This document shows, one piece after another, positions 48,607 to 59,244 of a stretch of DNA of 64,000 nt. The stretch comes from an uncultured cyanobacterium. Lineage in GTDB: Bacteria; Cyanobacteriota; Cyanobacteriia; Cyanobacteriales; CAWCAG01. The translations under genes were made by a program, and so were the position numbers. The stretch's first letter is position 1; each line of letters opens with the position of its first letter. Below the pieces are notes generated by a model. The model was not told the DNA's origin, ran no database searches, and worked only from the letters and a program-made list of their open reading frames with translations. Location of the stretch: NCBI GenBank assembly GCA_963803805.1, contig CAWDOD010000011.1, forward strand, positions 512,001 to 576,000, in the 5' to 3' direction.

Positions 48607-49286
48607 TAGGGTCTAATTTCCACTTTTGTACCCACCTCAACTACTTTATATATTTCCTCAACATCAGTATTCCTCAAAGAAACACAACCCCAAGTCCAAT
48701 TATCCCCTTCCTCGATTAAATTATCTTGTCCTGGGGGAACACCATGAATACCAATTTGCCCACCAATGGTAGCTAAAAGACTAATTTCTCCCTTTCTTTT
48801 TGCCTGCCAATGTTCACCCCAAGAATCAGCGTTAGGATAATCTAACCAGAGAAATTTTGACCAATTAGGGTGGGGATAAAGGTCACGAATAGAGTAAATT
48901 CCCTCTGGAGTTTTCATATCTCCTTCCTTAAGTTTATCTCCTTGAGGATTAGGACCAAAAACAACCGGATAAGCTTTGAGAGGAGTTTGTTGATAGTAAA
49001 TTGTGAGGCGGTATTTACTTTTTTCAATCAAAATAGAAGTGGCACTTTTGTCCAGGGGTTGATTGATTAGTTCGTTTAAAGATTGTTCGTAGTTGAGTAA
49101 ATCGTTGTTGGCTAAGGCAATATGTTGAGGTTTTTGCAACGACGAATTATCAAGATTGAGTAATTTTGCAAGCTGAGGAGGAGGAGGTAAATAACCTCTT
49201 TTATAAGCAAAGAAGTAAAATAATAAACCACTTATAAGTAATGTAGAGAACCAAAAAACAATCTTTTTTGTCTTGTATTTATTCAT
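48606..49286 (-). CDS. L,D-transpeptidase (YkuD) family protein
   Basis: N-terminal TM, KTPEG, LDYPN, IGIHG...WTWGCV. Confidence 0.9.
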   Translation of the reverse strand: MNKYKTKKIVFWFSTLLISGLLFYFFAYKRGYLPPPPQLAKLLNLDNSSLQKPQHIALANNDLLNYEQSLNELINQPLDKSATSILIEKSKYRLTIYYQQTPLKAYPVVFGPNPQGDKLKEGDMKTPEGIYSIRDLYPHPNWSKFLWLDYPNADSWGEHWQAKRKGEISLLATIGGQIGIHGVPPGQDNLIEEGDNWTWGCVSLRNTDVEEIYKVVEVGTKVEIRP

Positions 49287-49388
49287 AAGTTTAAGGGTAA
49301 GGCAGCAGATAGTAAGCTGTCTAGCGTTTAATTTACAATAGTGAGATGACTGGGTGATAGTCTGGCTTTGGCTATTTTTAGAAAATAT

Positions 49389-52300
49389 TTAATAATAAGC
49401 GTCACAGAGTTTGCGATCACTTTCTTTTACTTTAGGATTGTTTTTGAGATAGCCTTTTATTTTGTCACACCCATGTTGCAATAATTCGTCTAATTCTAAG
49501 CTTTTAGATATTAAGCCTTCGTAAGTTGCAAAAGCTATAGATTTGCCATCCGGACTAAAGCTTACATCTCGACCACTAAAACTACTGAAGGGAACATATC
49601 TTTCAAACATACCATCAATTAGCCAAAAAGCAACTATTTCTGATCTATTTTCTTCCTGTATAAAATTCACTGCTAACAATTTTCCATCAGAACTAAAGTT
49701 GATATTTTTAGCAGAATAGTTCTCATAATATTTTAAGGTTTTCACCGAAGTAGTGCCATTTGGCTTCCAAAGCTTTACTGTCCCGTCATCACTTGCTGAA
49801 ACAATTAAGTTCCCTTTAGGAGTAAATTTAGCATCATTAACTTCTTTTGTATGTTCATCAAAAGTTTTAGTTAAAGTACCATCTAGCTTCCGAAGCTCAA
49901 TGGTTTTCTCATCGCTAGCTGAGACAATTGATTGACCATTTGGGCTAAAGTCAATACTATTTACCCTCTCTCCGTGGGTTGCGATGTTTTTGAGTAAAGT
50001 TCCATCAGATTGCCAAATTTGTATTTTTCCGTCATTGCTACCAGAAGCAATTAGTTTACTGTCAGGACTATAACTAATTGCATTTATTTGATTGTCGTAA
50101 ATTTTAAATCTTTGAACAGATGTACTGTCACCTTTCCATAGTTTGATCCTACTATAGGGAGTCGTAAAAACAAAGTTGCTGCTATTAGGAAGAAATTTAA
50201 ACTGTCCACTGTATTCTTCAAAAGAATTAATTAAATTACCGCTACGACTTAAAATACTGACTTGCTTGTTATTGCTGCTGACCGCAATGAAGTCTCCTTG
50301 AGAGCTAAACACAATATAATTACTAATATCATCACTATAATCGCCTTCAAACTCTTCTAACAAAGATCCATTTCTATTCCAAATTTTTATTGTGTCCTGA
50401 TTTTCTTTGTCAAAGATTGCAGCTATTAAATCACTGCCAGGACTAATAATAATATCTTTGACATTGCTATCATCTTTATTAAGCGTTTTACTTAAACTGC
50501 TGCTAAGATGCCAAATTTTAATCTGATCGATTTTATCAACTGTTACTACAAGCTGACCATCTGAACTAATTTTAATCATTTTATAGTCTTTGAATGTTTT
50601 GACTTTACTTAAATTATCTTTCGTATTTACAATATTCAGTTGCTCACCAAATTTAAAAACTGAACCATTAGAATTACGTGAGACTAATTGATCATTGATA
50701 AAAACAAGTTCGCTATCATTGCTAAAGCTGATAATTTCTCCTCTCAAGCTTTTAAGAAGTTGTCCATCTTGCTGCAAAATATCCACTTGATTAAACTTTT
50801 GAATAGCAATAAGTTGGCTATCAGGGCTAAAGATTACTTTTTGCGCCTCGTCAAATTCTTCTAAAGAATTACTACCCCTTTTCCAGATAGCTATCTTCTT
50901 ACCATTACCAACAGCAATAAGTTGGCTATCCGGACTAAACTCTACTTCTGTTACATCTTTGAATTTTCTTAATACGCTGCCATCTTCTCTCAAAATTGCT
51001 GTCTCTTTATAGTTACCAATAACAATAAGCTGGCTATCCGGACTAAACCTGACTACTACTTTATTTTCCAATTCTTTCGGTTCAATGGCAATTCTTCTTA
51101 AGGAATCGCCATCTCTTCGCCATATTCCTATTTCTTTATCGTTGCTAATAGCAATAAGTTGACTATCCGGACTAAATTTGACTGTTGTTCCACCTTCAAA
51201 TTCTTTCAATAAACTACCATCTCTCCGCCATATTTTGATACTATCACCAGTGTTAGCACCTATAAGTTGACCATCAGCACTATATTCTATATTGCTGAGA
51301 ACTGTCTCAGATTGTATAGTTTCTAGTTGTTTAGAATCCGCAGACCAAATATTGATATTATCACTAACGCTAATAAAGGCAAGATTGTTATTATTAGGAC
51401 TAAAAGCAATATCACTAGCATACTCTCGGATACTTTCTATTAATTTACCGTTAGATTGCCATATATCTATACTGAATTCACTCAAGGCAGCAATCCTTTG
51501 AGAATCATGACTAAATTCGACTCGATAAAATTGATCAATATAATAAGGTTCCACTTTAAAAGTTGATACAGCAGCTTTTTGAGAATCAGGACTAAATTTA
51601 ACTTGATAATATTTCTCGAACGGTTTTATTTGTGAACTTAATAAAGTGATATCGTTACTGTTTTCTTTAATTTTTGCAGTTATACCAAAACCTGATTCAA
51701 AACTATTCTGTGGTGTTGAACTATCAATTGTAAGGGTTGGATTTACGACAATAGTATTTTCCTGACTTGTTTCTATTTCATTTAAGTCTTGCCTCAGCAA
51801 ATTACCTTCTTCATCCCAATACTGCTGATCTCCTTTCGTATCAGTGCTAACTAAAAAGAAATCATCTTCAGGTAGACCCAATCTAAAATCATATATATCG
51901 GAATGGTCAAGTTTCTTGTGTTTGTTATTCTTCAAGTCCCAAAGCATTACTATATTATCTTTAGCAACAGAAACAAGGGTTTGACTATCTTGGCTAAAAC
52001 GGATTTTAGTTGCTTTACCTTTGTGTCCAATAAAAGTCTTATCTATCGTGCCATCAATATTCCATAACTTTATTGTTGTATCATCACTCGCAGAAGCAAT
52101 TTTTTTACTATCCGAGCTAAATTCTACATCATTTACAGTCTCAGTATGACCTTCTAAAGTGTCAATATATTTACCTTCAATAGTCCAAAGTTTAACCGTT
52201 TTATCTTCGCTAGCAGACACTATATGTTTTTTGTCAGTACTAAAAGAAATATCTTTTATTGATCTAGTATGACCTTCCAAACGATTGATTTCTGAGTCAT

Positions 52301-54539
52301 CATAGAATGCCCTATGCAACGATATTAAAGTAAACATCTTGGCATCAAAAATTTTCCAGGGGGCAAGCTTAAGGAATTTGCCTGCTTTTATGTAAGTTAT
52401 CGTTCTATCTATCCCATCTTGTGAAGCTTGAAGAGATAGTGTTGCTGCAAAGCCGTTTAAAGCTGCTGTTGCTGCCACAAATGCAATTCCTGCTATGCCA
52501 GTTGCTACTAAACCCAATCCTATTAATGATCTACGGGCTGTCTTCAACTGCTTCTTAAGAGCATCATTGTATCTTGCTTCCGCAATCCTTCTTTGTTCCC
52601 TTTCCTTCTCTAATTCTTTGATCCATTTTTCTGACTGTAGCTGACGGACGAAAGGTACTAAGTAATCATGAACTAACTGATATCTATCGGATGGATTTGC
52701 AGGAACTCTCAAAACCATTCCTGATTGAACTAAAATATCTAAAACTAAATCAAAAGTTTCTTCTTTTCCTTTGAAATCAGGCTCTAAAATTGTACGAGTC
52801 TTTAAAGGACGGGTATTATTTTCATCAGTTAATAAATACAACACTAACTTAGTTACTTGCTCATTTCCTTTGCCACAATCTTTGACAACATCATCTAAAA
52901 ACCTATTTACCAACTGCTCCTTAGAACCCAGTTCCTCATACTTCGCCAATTGAGTTATGTTTTCTGCTTGTAATTGCGCCCCTACGACTTGTAACTCAAT
53001 CGGACTAACTTCCCCTAAATCACTAGCTAAATCTTTTACCAAAACATCTAATAATTCAGGTTCTAAGTTAAACTGAGTTTTAGCAGTAAGGTTTTCAATT
53101 ACCAACTTTGCTTCTACTTGAGAGAAGTTACCTAAATAACAGAGAATGTTTTTATTGAGAATGTCGTTATTAGCAACATCTAAACTAACTATGCGGTTGT
53201 TGCACTCCAATAAATAAAAAAGATAGTCTTCTCGCAAAGAGAGAATGATTTTAGTAAAAGGAATATTTAAACAGTCTTGCAGAAACTTATAAAAAACTTT
53301 CCTTTGCTTTGGTTCTTTGTAAACGAAGAAAAACTCTTCAAACTGGTCAAAGATAATTACAGTTAGTAAGTTGCTGTAGCTGTTTTCCCTTAATTGAGCC
53401 AAAATTGTTGCTAGGGAATCAAGATTTTTCTTCTGATTTTGTTGAAAAACAGTTTGTTGTAAGCAGCGTCCTAATTCTTTAACCCAACCTGCATAAACAC
53501 GCTGCAAAACAGGTAAAACTTGCCTTGCTTCTATTCTTTTTTGCTGCAAAGCTGGGATTAAGCCTGCTTCAATTAAGGAACTTTTTCCTACTCCCGACTG
53601 ACCATGAATAATTGTTAGTCTGTAATCACTACGTTCAACTCTTGCTACTAATTTATTAACATCCTGTTCCCTTCCCGAAGCTTTAATTTCTAAAGATATT
53701 TCTCCGGGGATAACAGGAGGTAAAGCAGGATTAGTAACCAACTGTTTTGCTTTTAACCGACTTGCACCAGTGAAGGCACGGAAACCAAACTGAGTTTCTC
53801 TGGTTTGTTGTTCTTGCTTAAGTTCAAAAGCTGTGAGATACTCCCCTTGTTGGAAATAAATTTGCCATAAGGTACTTAAAATATTAATGTAAAGTGCCGG
53901 ATCATAGCGAGGTTTGGTTGTCTCTTTTGCAGTTAATAAGGTTTCCTTTGCTGTTGTTTTTTCTCCTAATTGCTGTTGGGCTTTCCCTAAAGAAAAAAGA
54001 TACCAACCTTGATGAAAGTGGCGTTCCCATTCTAAGGAAGTAGCTGTATCTTCTTGCTTTTCTTGTAAAGCTTTTTCTTCAGCCTGGGCAAATAAATTTA
54101 AAGCTTGTTGAGACTGTTGTCGTGCTTTTTCTGGTGCAGATTTAGCTAAAGCAACTTCTGCCAGAAAACCATACATTCTTGCTTGGCGAAACGGGCTTGT
54201 TTTAATCTGCTCTAACTGCAAAGCTTCTTTAGCAATCCTTTCTAACTCTTGCCACTGCTCTAACCGATGTAATACTTCTGCTAAATAACTAATATACTTG
54301 CTAACAAAATCCTGACGATCAGCATCTTTGAAAGTCGCGATCGCTTGCTGAAAATACTTCCTTGCTTGTTGGCAAGCTTCCTCATATTCGCGACGTTGCT
54401 GTAGTGCATAACTGCGCCACCACAAACCCAAGTGTAAGTAAACAATTCCTTTTTTAACTTGGTTGCCAGTTACGGGATATAAAGCTAAACTACGTTTGTA
54501 ATGCTGCCTTGCTTCTGCTTGGTTATTTGTCCATCTACC
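49389..54539 (-). pseudogene. TPR - STAND (nSTAND1-like) NTPase - TM - WD40 protein, 5'-truncated by IS
   Basis: Walker A GQSGVGKSS, Walker B IIFDQFEE, SLREDY, YQLVHDYL and many WD40 repeats; the first ~69 codons of the ORF-track call are IS sequence. Confidence 0.88.
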
Positions 54540-55867
54540 CTGGTTGACTGACAAAAGATGGTAGGGAGAGAGGAAACGGAAGAAAGAGAAAGAGATTGAG
54601 GGAGTTGACAAAGAGGAGGGGAGCCTCCGATTGTGAAAGAGAAGAAACCACTCAAATCTTTCGCAATACGATGAAAAAGAACTCCCCTCTTTACAGTGCC
54701 TTGAAATCATGGCTGGGTCAAGGTAGTAATTGGAAACATCAAACACATCTAAAAACTTGCATCTGGATAATATTTGCCTTAGTCCATACAGGTAGCGTGA
54801 ATCTAACTAAATGGTCTGTTTATATACCTTGTCGAGGGTTATATGCTCAAAGTAAGCAAAGGCGTGTTCAAAGATGGTTGAATAATCCTCGAATCAATAT
54901 ACATAGGCTCTATAAACCTCTAATCACAGCAGCACTAGCTGACTGGGAAGAGCAGAAAATGTATTTGGGATTGGATACATCAATGTTTTGGGAAGAATAC
55001 TGCTTGGTGCGCTTATGTGTCATTCATCGGGGGAGAGCATTACCAATCGTGTGGCGAGTGATGAAACACAAAAGTGCGAGTGTGTCTTTCCAAGATTATC
55101 AAGAAATACTTCAACAAGCAAAGACAAGATTACCGGCAGGGTTAAAGGTAATACTCTTGGCAGATAGAGGATTTGTTCATAGTGAGTTGATGGAAATGTT
55201 AACCAACCAACTGGGATGGCATTACCGAATCAGGCTCAAAAGTAATAGCTGGATATTTCGAGGAGGTAAAGGTTGGTGTCAACTCAAGCATTTCCACTTT
55301 AATCGAGGAGAGGCACTTTGTTTACATCATGTCAGGCTATATAAACACTCCCAATCCCAACTAATCAATGTCATTGTGGGTCGTAATAACGTTAATGGCG
55401 AGTTTTGGGCTATCGTCAGTGATGAAAAAACAACTCTACAGACTTTTGCTGAATATGGGTTACGCTTTGATATTGAAGAAAACTTTCTTGATGACCAGTC
55501 TCAAGCATGGAATATTCAACGCTCATCAATCAGAAATGTCTGTGCCTTGTCCAGGTTATTTTTTATTTTAGCTGTGGCTACCCTCTATCTCAGCGCACAA
55601 GGGGTTGAGGTTGTCGAGTCCCGAAAGCGAAGATGGGTTGATACTCATTGGTTTCGTGGCAACAGCTATCTTCGTATTGGTTGGGATTGGGTTAAAGGAG
55701 CATTAATTCAAGGATGGAAACTTATTGATAGGGTTTGCTTTAGGACAAACCAAGACCCCTCACCTGCTATGGCTTCACGAAAGCAGCACCAAAAACGACT
55801 CTATCAATTTGAGTTCCAGGTGCAGACTTACTCTTATCCAACAACATAAGTTTTGTCAGTCAACCAG
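54540..55867 (+). mobile_element. IS4-like insertion sequence, copy 2 (inverted relative to copy 1)
   Basis: Same 17-bp IRs, 1328 bp, identical transposase translation; no target duplication visible. Confidence 0.93.
54671..55849 (+). CDS. DDE transposase (IS4-like)
   Basis: Same protein as 37916-39094. Confidence 0.9.
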   Translation: MKKNSPLYSALKSWLGQGSNWKHQTHLKTCIWIIFALVHTGSVNLTKWSVYIPCRGLYAQSKQRRVQRWLNNPRINIHRLYKPLITAALADWEEQKMYLGLDTSMFWEEYCLVRLCVIHRGRALPIVWRVMKHKSASVSFQDYQEILQQAKTRLPAGLKVILLADRGFVHSELMEMLTNQLGWHYRIRLKSNSWIFRGGKGWCQLKHFHFNRGEALCLHHVRLYKHSQSQLINVIVGRNNVNGEFWAIVSDEKTTLQTFAEYGLRFDIEENFLDDQSQAWNIQRSSIRNVCALSRLFFILAVATLYLSAQGVEVVESRKRRWVDTHWFRGNSYLRIGWDWVKGALIQGWKLIDRVCFRTNQDPSPAMASRKQHQKRLYQFEFQVQTYSYPTT

Positions 55868-56055
55868 TCTTGCACCATTGACTTACGACCCTCAGAATCT
55901 GGCTTCTTTTCCAATTTGTCAACAGCATCAACTAGATCGCTTTCTGAGCCAAACTTTTTCTTTAAAGCAGATTTAAGAGCATTGTAACTGTCTTTGATAG
56001 CATCTTTACTAAGGGCCGCTAGAGCAGCCACAATTGCTGTAGTTATGGGGTCCAC
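55868..56055 (-). pseudogene. Small helical protein or N-terminal domain (MDPITTAIVAALA...YNALKSALKKKF), 3'-truncated by IS
   Basis: GTG start preceded by GAGG; coding sequence runs into the IS end. Confidence 0.7.
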
Positions 56056-56157
56056 GTTGAGCCTCAACCGTTTACTAAATTTGGCAACAAAGTTATTTTA
56101 GATAATATTATAAATACCTTGCCACTTTGTGAAATTACTGATCTTCTTTAGGGAAGT

Positions 56158-56226
56158 GGTGCGTTACGCAGGAGAAAAAATTAGGGAATTTTCGATAGGT
56201 ATTATTTGCCTGCTAACACACCCTAC
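56158..56226. repeat. REP-like element (GGTGCGTTACGC...GCTAACACACCCTAC)
   Basis: Same ends as 22868-22902. Confidence 0.55.
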
Positions 56227-56376
56227 TGGACTTTTGGATTATAGCGGAGAAGAAGCGCGAATCCATCTTCTAAGAATAGGGTTTTAGACCTTTTTTTATT
56301 TTGATAAATTTAGCTACAGTTTGCGATCGCCTCTTTTGGCAGTCTATAAAAGTATTAGATTGTTCCTAAGCAACTA

Positions 56377-57492
56377 ATGAATCAACATCATATCGAAGTC
56401 AAAGTTTCTGCACCCACTTTCGCCCATAATATTCGTAATCTGCGCGCCAAAGTTGCTCCTTCCCTGATTTGTGTTGTCATGAAGGCTAACGCCTATGGAC
56501 ATGGTTTGCAGGCATTAGCACCCACAGCCGTTGCAGCAGGGGCTGATTATTTAGGTATTTGCACCAACCCCGAAGCGGCGATTATTCGAGATTTAGGGTT
56601 GAATGTGAAGGTTATGCGCCTACGTATGGGCTTTCCCCAAGAATATGAAGAATCACTCTCTAGCTTGGATATAGAAGAACAAGTGGGTTCCTGGGATGCT
56701 GCAACTTACCTAGCCGATGCCGGGGTGAAACGGGGTAAAAAGGTTCGAGTTCATTTAAACATTGATACAGGTATGGGGCGTAGTGGTTTTTTCTCAACAG
56801 AGGTGGAAACCATTAAAAGAATCTGTTCCCTACCCGGCATAGAAGTTGTAGGAATTATGACTCACTTCGCCACTGCTGATGGTGAGAATCTCGATTTTAC
56901 TACCCAGCAAATGGAAGACTTTTATAAGTTACGAGAAGCTTTGGATGATTGTTTACCTGATGGTGTCTTAACCCACACCCACAACAGTGCTGCAACGGTA
57001 CGCTTAACCCCAAAATGCAATAGTTTGGTGAGGATTGGGGCTGCTTGTTATGGGGTACGAACTTCCCAAGATTTTACCAATCCCCCAGAACTAAAACCAG
57101 TTATGTCTGTGAAAACCAAAGTAGCCCAAGTAAGGAAAGTTCCCGCCGGGCGTACTATTGGTTACGGCAGTTTATTTACAACGAAGCGCGATAGTTTAAT
57201 TGCTTCTTTACCTGTAGGTTTTGGTGAAGGTTATCCGCGATCGCTATTTAACAAAGGTATTGTTTTAATTAAGGGCTATCGCTGCCCGGTGGTAGGTAGA
57301 GTTTCTTTGAACATTACCACGGTGGATGTAACCGATGTTCCCCAAGAGGTGCAATGGGGAGATGAGGTAGTCTTGGTGGGTTGCCAAGGCAAAGAAGAAA
57401 TTACTTTCGAGGAACTAGCAGATAAGTTTGCTAGCGTTCATACAGAAATCAACTTAATGGCTGGTTTTATGAATGAGGTTAGTTATGTTTAG
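56377..57492 (+). CDS. alr: Alanine racemase-family PLP enzyme (divergent)
   Basis: VMKANAYGHG, DTGMGRSG, MTHFA, HNSA, VRIG, IGYG. Confidence 0.85.
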   Translation: MNQHHIEVKVSAPTFAHNIRNLRAKVAPSLICVVMKANAYGHGLQALAPTAVAAGADYLGICTNPEAAIIRDLGLNVKVMRLRMGFPQEYEESLSSLDIEEQVGSWDAATYLADAGVKRGKKVRVHLNIDTGMGRSGFFSTEVETIKRICSLPGIEVVGIMTHFATADGENLDFTTQQMEDFYKLREALDDCLPDGVLTHTHNSAATVRLTPKCNSLVRIGAACYGVRTSQDFTNPPELKPVMSVKTKVAQVRKVPAGRTIGYGSLFTTKRDSLIASLPVGFGEGYPRSLFNKGIVLIKGYRCPVVGRVSLNITTVDVTDVPQEVQWGDEVVLVGCQGKEEITFEELADKFASVHTEINLMAGFMNEVSYV

Positions 57493-57591
57493 GAAATAGC
57501 GTCTGGCAAAAGTAATAAGTAATAAGTCTAAGTTTGAACTAGATATTATTACTTGTTACCTAAGATTTAAACTGAGTTTAAATCTTTATAC

Positions 57592-57768
57592 TTAACATCT
57601 TAAGAGTTTGAACTTAGTCAATCTATGGGAAGAGATTTCACTTTCATCATCAGACATTACTGTTGATAAATTGGGCATTTTTTCACGGCAATGAGAGCAA
57701 AACCAATAAACATTACTATGGGCAATATGACGTAGCATTAAGCGGGAGCAACAAGGACACTTGTTCAT
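57592..57768 (-). CDS. Small Zn-ribbon protein (58 aa), absent from the ORF track
   Basis: Manual translation MNKCPCCSRLMLRHIAHSNVYWFCSHCREKMPNL...; matches a recurrent cyanobacterial CPCC..LRH..YWFC..C small-protein pattern. Confidence 0.8.
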   Translation of the reverse strand: MNKCPCCSRLMLRHIAHSNVYWFCSHCREKMPNLSTVMSDDESEISSHRLTKFKLLRC

Positions 57769-57829
57769 GATTTTTAGGTAAAATAAAGTTTGTAAAAAAA
57801 GCGATTAAATTGGATGGGGCAACAATCTA

Positions 57830-58129
57830 TCAATCTAACAATCGTTCTTTGTTATTGGTATGTCGTGTTTTTGGGAATCCACTTTTCTTCACCTTTCTAG
57901 TTTTCCATTCACTTTTTAGCTTTTGGGTACAATAACTAGAAAATTCCCTAAATTCTTTCAATGAATATTGATTTTTCCAACCACAAGCAAGACAATCAAA
58001 TCCGAATTGCCGATTTACTGCCAATTCGCGATATTTAATTTTTTTAGAAGAACAGTAAGGACAGCAACCTCCTAATACAAAATGCTGTAACTCTTCTTGA
58101 TAGTTTTTTTTCTGAATTTTATTGTCAAA
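57830..58129 (-). CDS. Putative small Zn-ribbon protein; start codon unclear or frameshifted
   Basis: Open frame ...YQEELQHFVLGGCCPYCSSKKIKYRELAVNRQFGFDCLACGWK...; the ORF-track TTG start omits the CPYC. Confidence 0.55.
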   Translation of the reverse strand, partial: FDNKIQKKNYQEELQHFVLGGCCPYCSSKKIKYRELAVNRQFGFDCLACGWKNQYSLKEFREFSSYCTQKLKSEWKTRKVKKSGFPKTRHTNNKERLLD

Positions 58130-58226
58130 TTACTTGGTTAATTAAACTAATGATTACACAACCATTCTTGCTTTGTCTGTACAATAATGCACTCTACTGA
58201 TTACTGATTACTGATTGCTGACTTAC

Positions 58227-58973
58227 TCATCCTCGCCTCGAACCTAATAAGCGGATAAACTCACTTTGCACCAAGCGATAACATTCACAGGCAGTTGCTT
58301 CTAAGTCTTCTTGATTGAGGATCTTAATTATACCACGGTGATAGGATATCATTCCTGCTTGTTGAAGGGTTCCTGCTGCCACCGTTACACCGGAACGACG
58401 TATACCTAGCATATTGGCAATAAATTCTTGAGTGAGGGGTAACTCGTTTTTGAGTACACAATCTTGAACAGATAGTAACCAACGAGCCAGTCGTTCTTCA
58501 ATGGTATGCTGACGATTACAGGCTGCACTTTGAGAAACTTGAGTTAATAAGGCTTGGGTGTAAAGTAGCAATAGCTTTTGCAGTTTTTCACCCCGATTAA
58601 ATTCTTGCTGAACAATATGGGTAGGGAGTTTCACCGCTGTACCAGCAATTTGTACAATGGAACGACTAGTAGTGCCACCACCTCCCAAAACAGCAGAAAG
58701 CCCAATCATACCTTCATTACCAATTAAACCAATTTCAGTAGTTGAACCATCCATCATAATTGAAACCAGAGAAATCATCGCTTGTTGAGGAAAATAGACT
58801 TCTTTAACTGGTTCATTGGGTTCAAGGAGAACTTTACCGAGGGGAAGTAAGACAAACTGTAAATGAGGGGCTAGACGCTGATAGTCTGTTTCTGATAAAG
58901 CTGCTAATATCTGATTAATTGGCCTTGTAATTTTCTCAGACTTGTCTATTTCGTCGGGCATCTGGAAGTACAT
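58227..58973 (-). CDS. Crp/Fnr family transcriptional regulator
   Basis: IGNEGMIG, AACNRQHTIEERLARWLL, LTQEFIANMLGIRRSGVT HTH. Confidence 0.93.
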   Translation of the reverse strand: MYFQMPDEIDKSEKITRPINQILAALSETDYQRLAPHLQFVLLPLGKVLLEPNEPVKEVYFPQQAMISLVSIMMDGSTTEIGLIGNEGMIGLSAVLGGGGTTSRSIVQIAGTAVKLPTHIVQQEFNRGEKLQKLLLLYTQALLTQVSQSAACNRQHTIEERLARWLLSVQDCVLKNELPLTQEFIANMLGIRRSGVTVAAGTLQQAGMISYHRGIIKILNQEDLEATACECYRLVQSEFIRLLGSRRG

Positions 58974-59162
58974 AAGTCTTGATTAATTGGGTTGAAGTAC
59001 AAAAAATAACCCTAGTGCTTATGTCCAGATTAAGTTAAAGAATAGCTTTATTAACTGGATAGTTGTTAATTATCTAATTACTGAACTATTGACCAATTAA
59101 TTCAAAATTGACAGGCTACTAGTTATTTTGTTTAAAAAATTATACCGAAGTACAACCCCTTG

Positions 59163-59220
59163 CTTCAGTACGTTACCGTACATCAAGTTTTATTTTCTAC
59201 TTCAGTACGTTATCGTACAT
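59163..59220. promoter_or_regulatory. Two tandem palindromic Crp-type operators GTACG-TTA(C/T)-CGTAC
   Basis: Cores at 59168-59181 and 59205-59218 within 21-bp direct repeats 37 bp apart. Confidence 0.72.
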
Positions 59221-59244
59221 AAATTTTAACTTATTCCAATTCTT

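Noticed and set aside
59163-59220. 21-bp direct repeats as a mini CRISPR array
   Set aside because: Only two units with a 16-bp spacer and no cas genes; better explained as operators.
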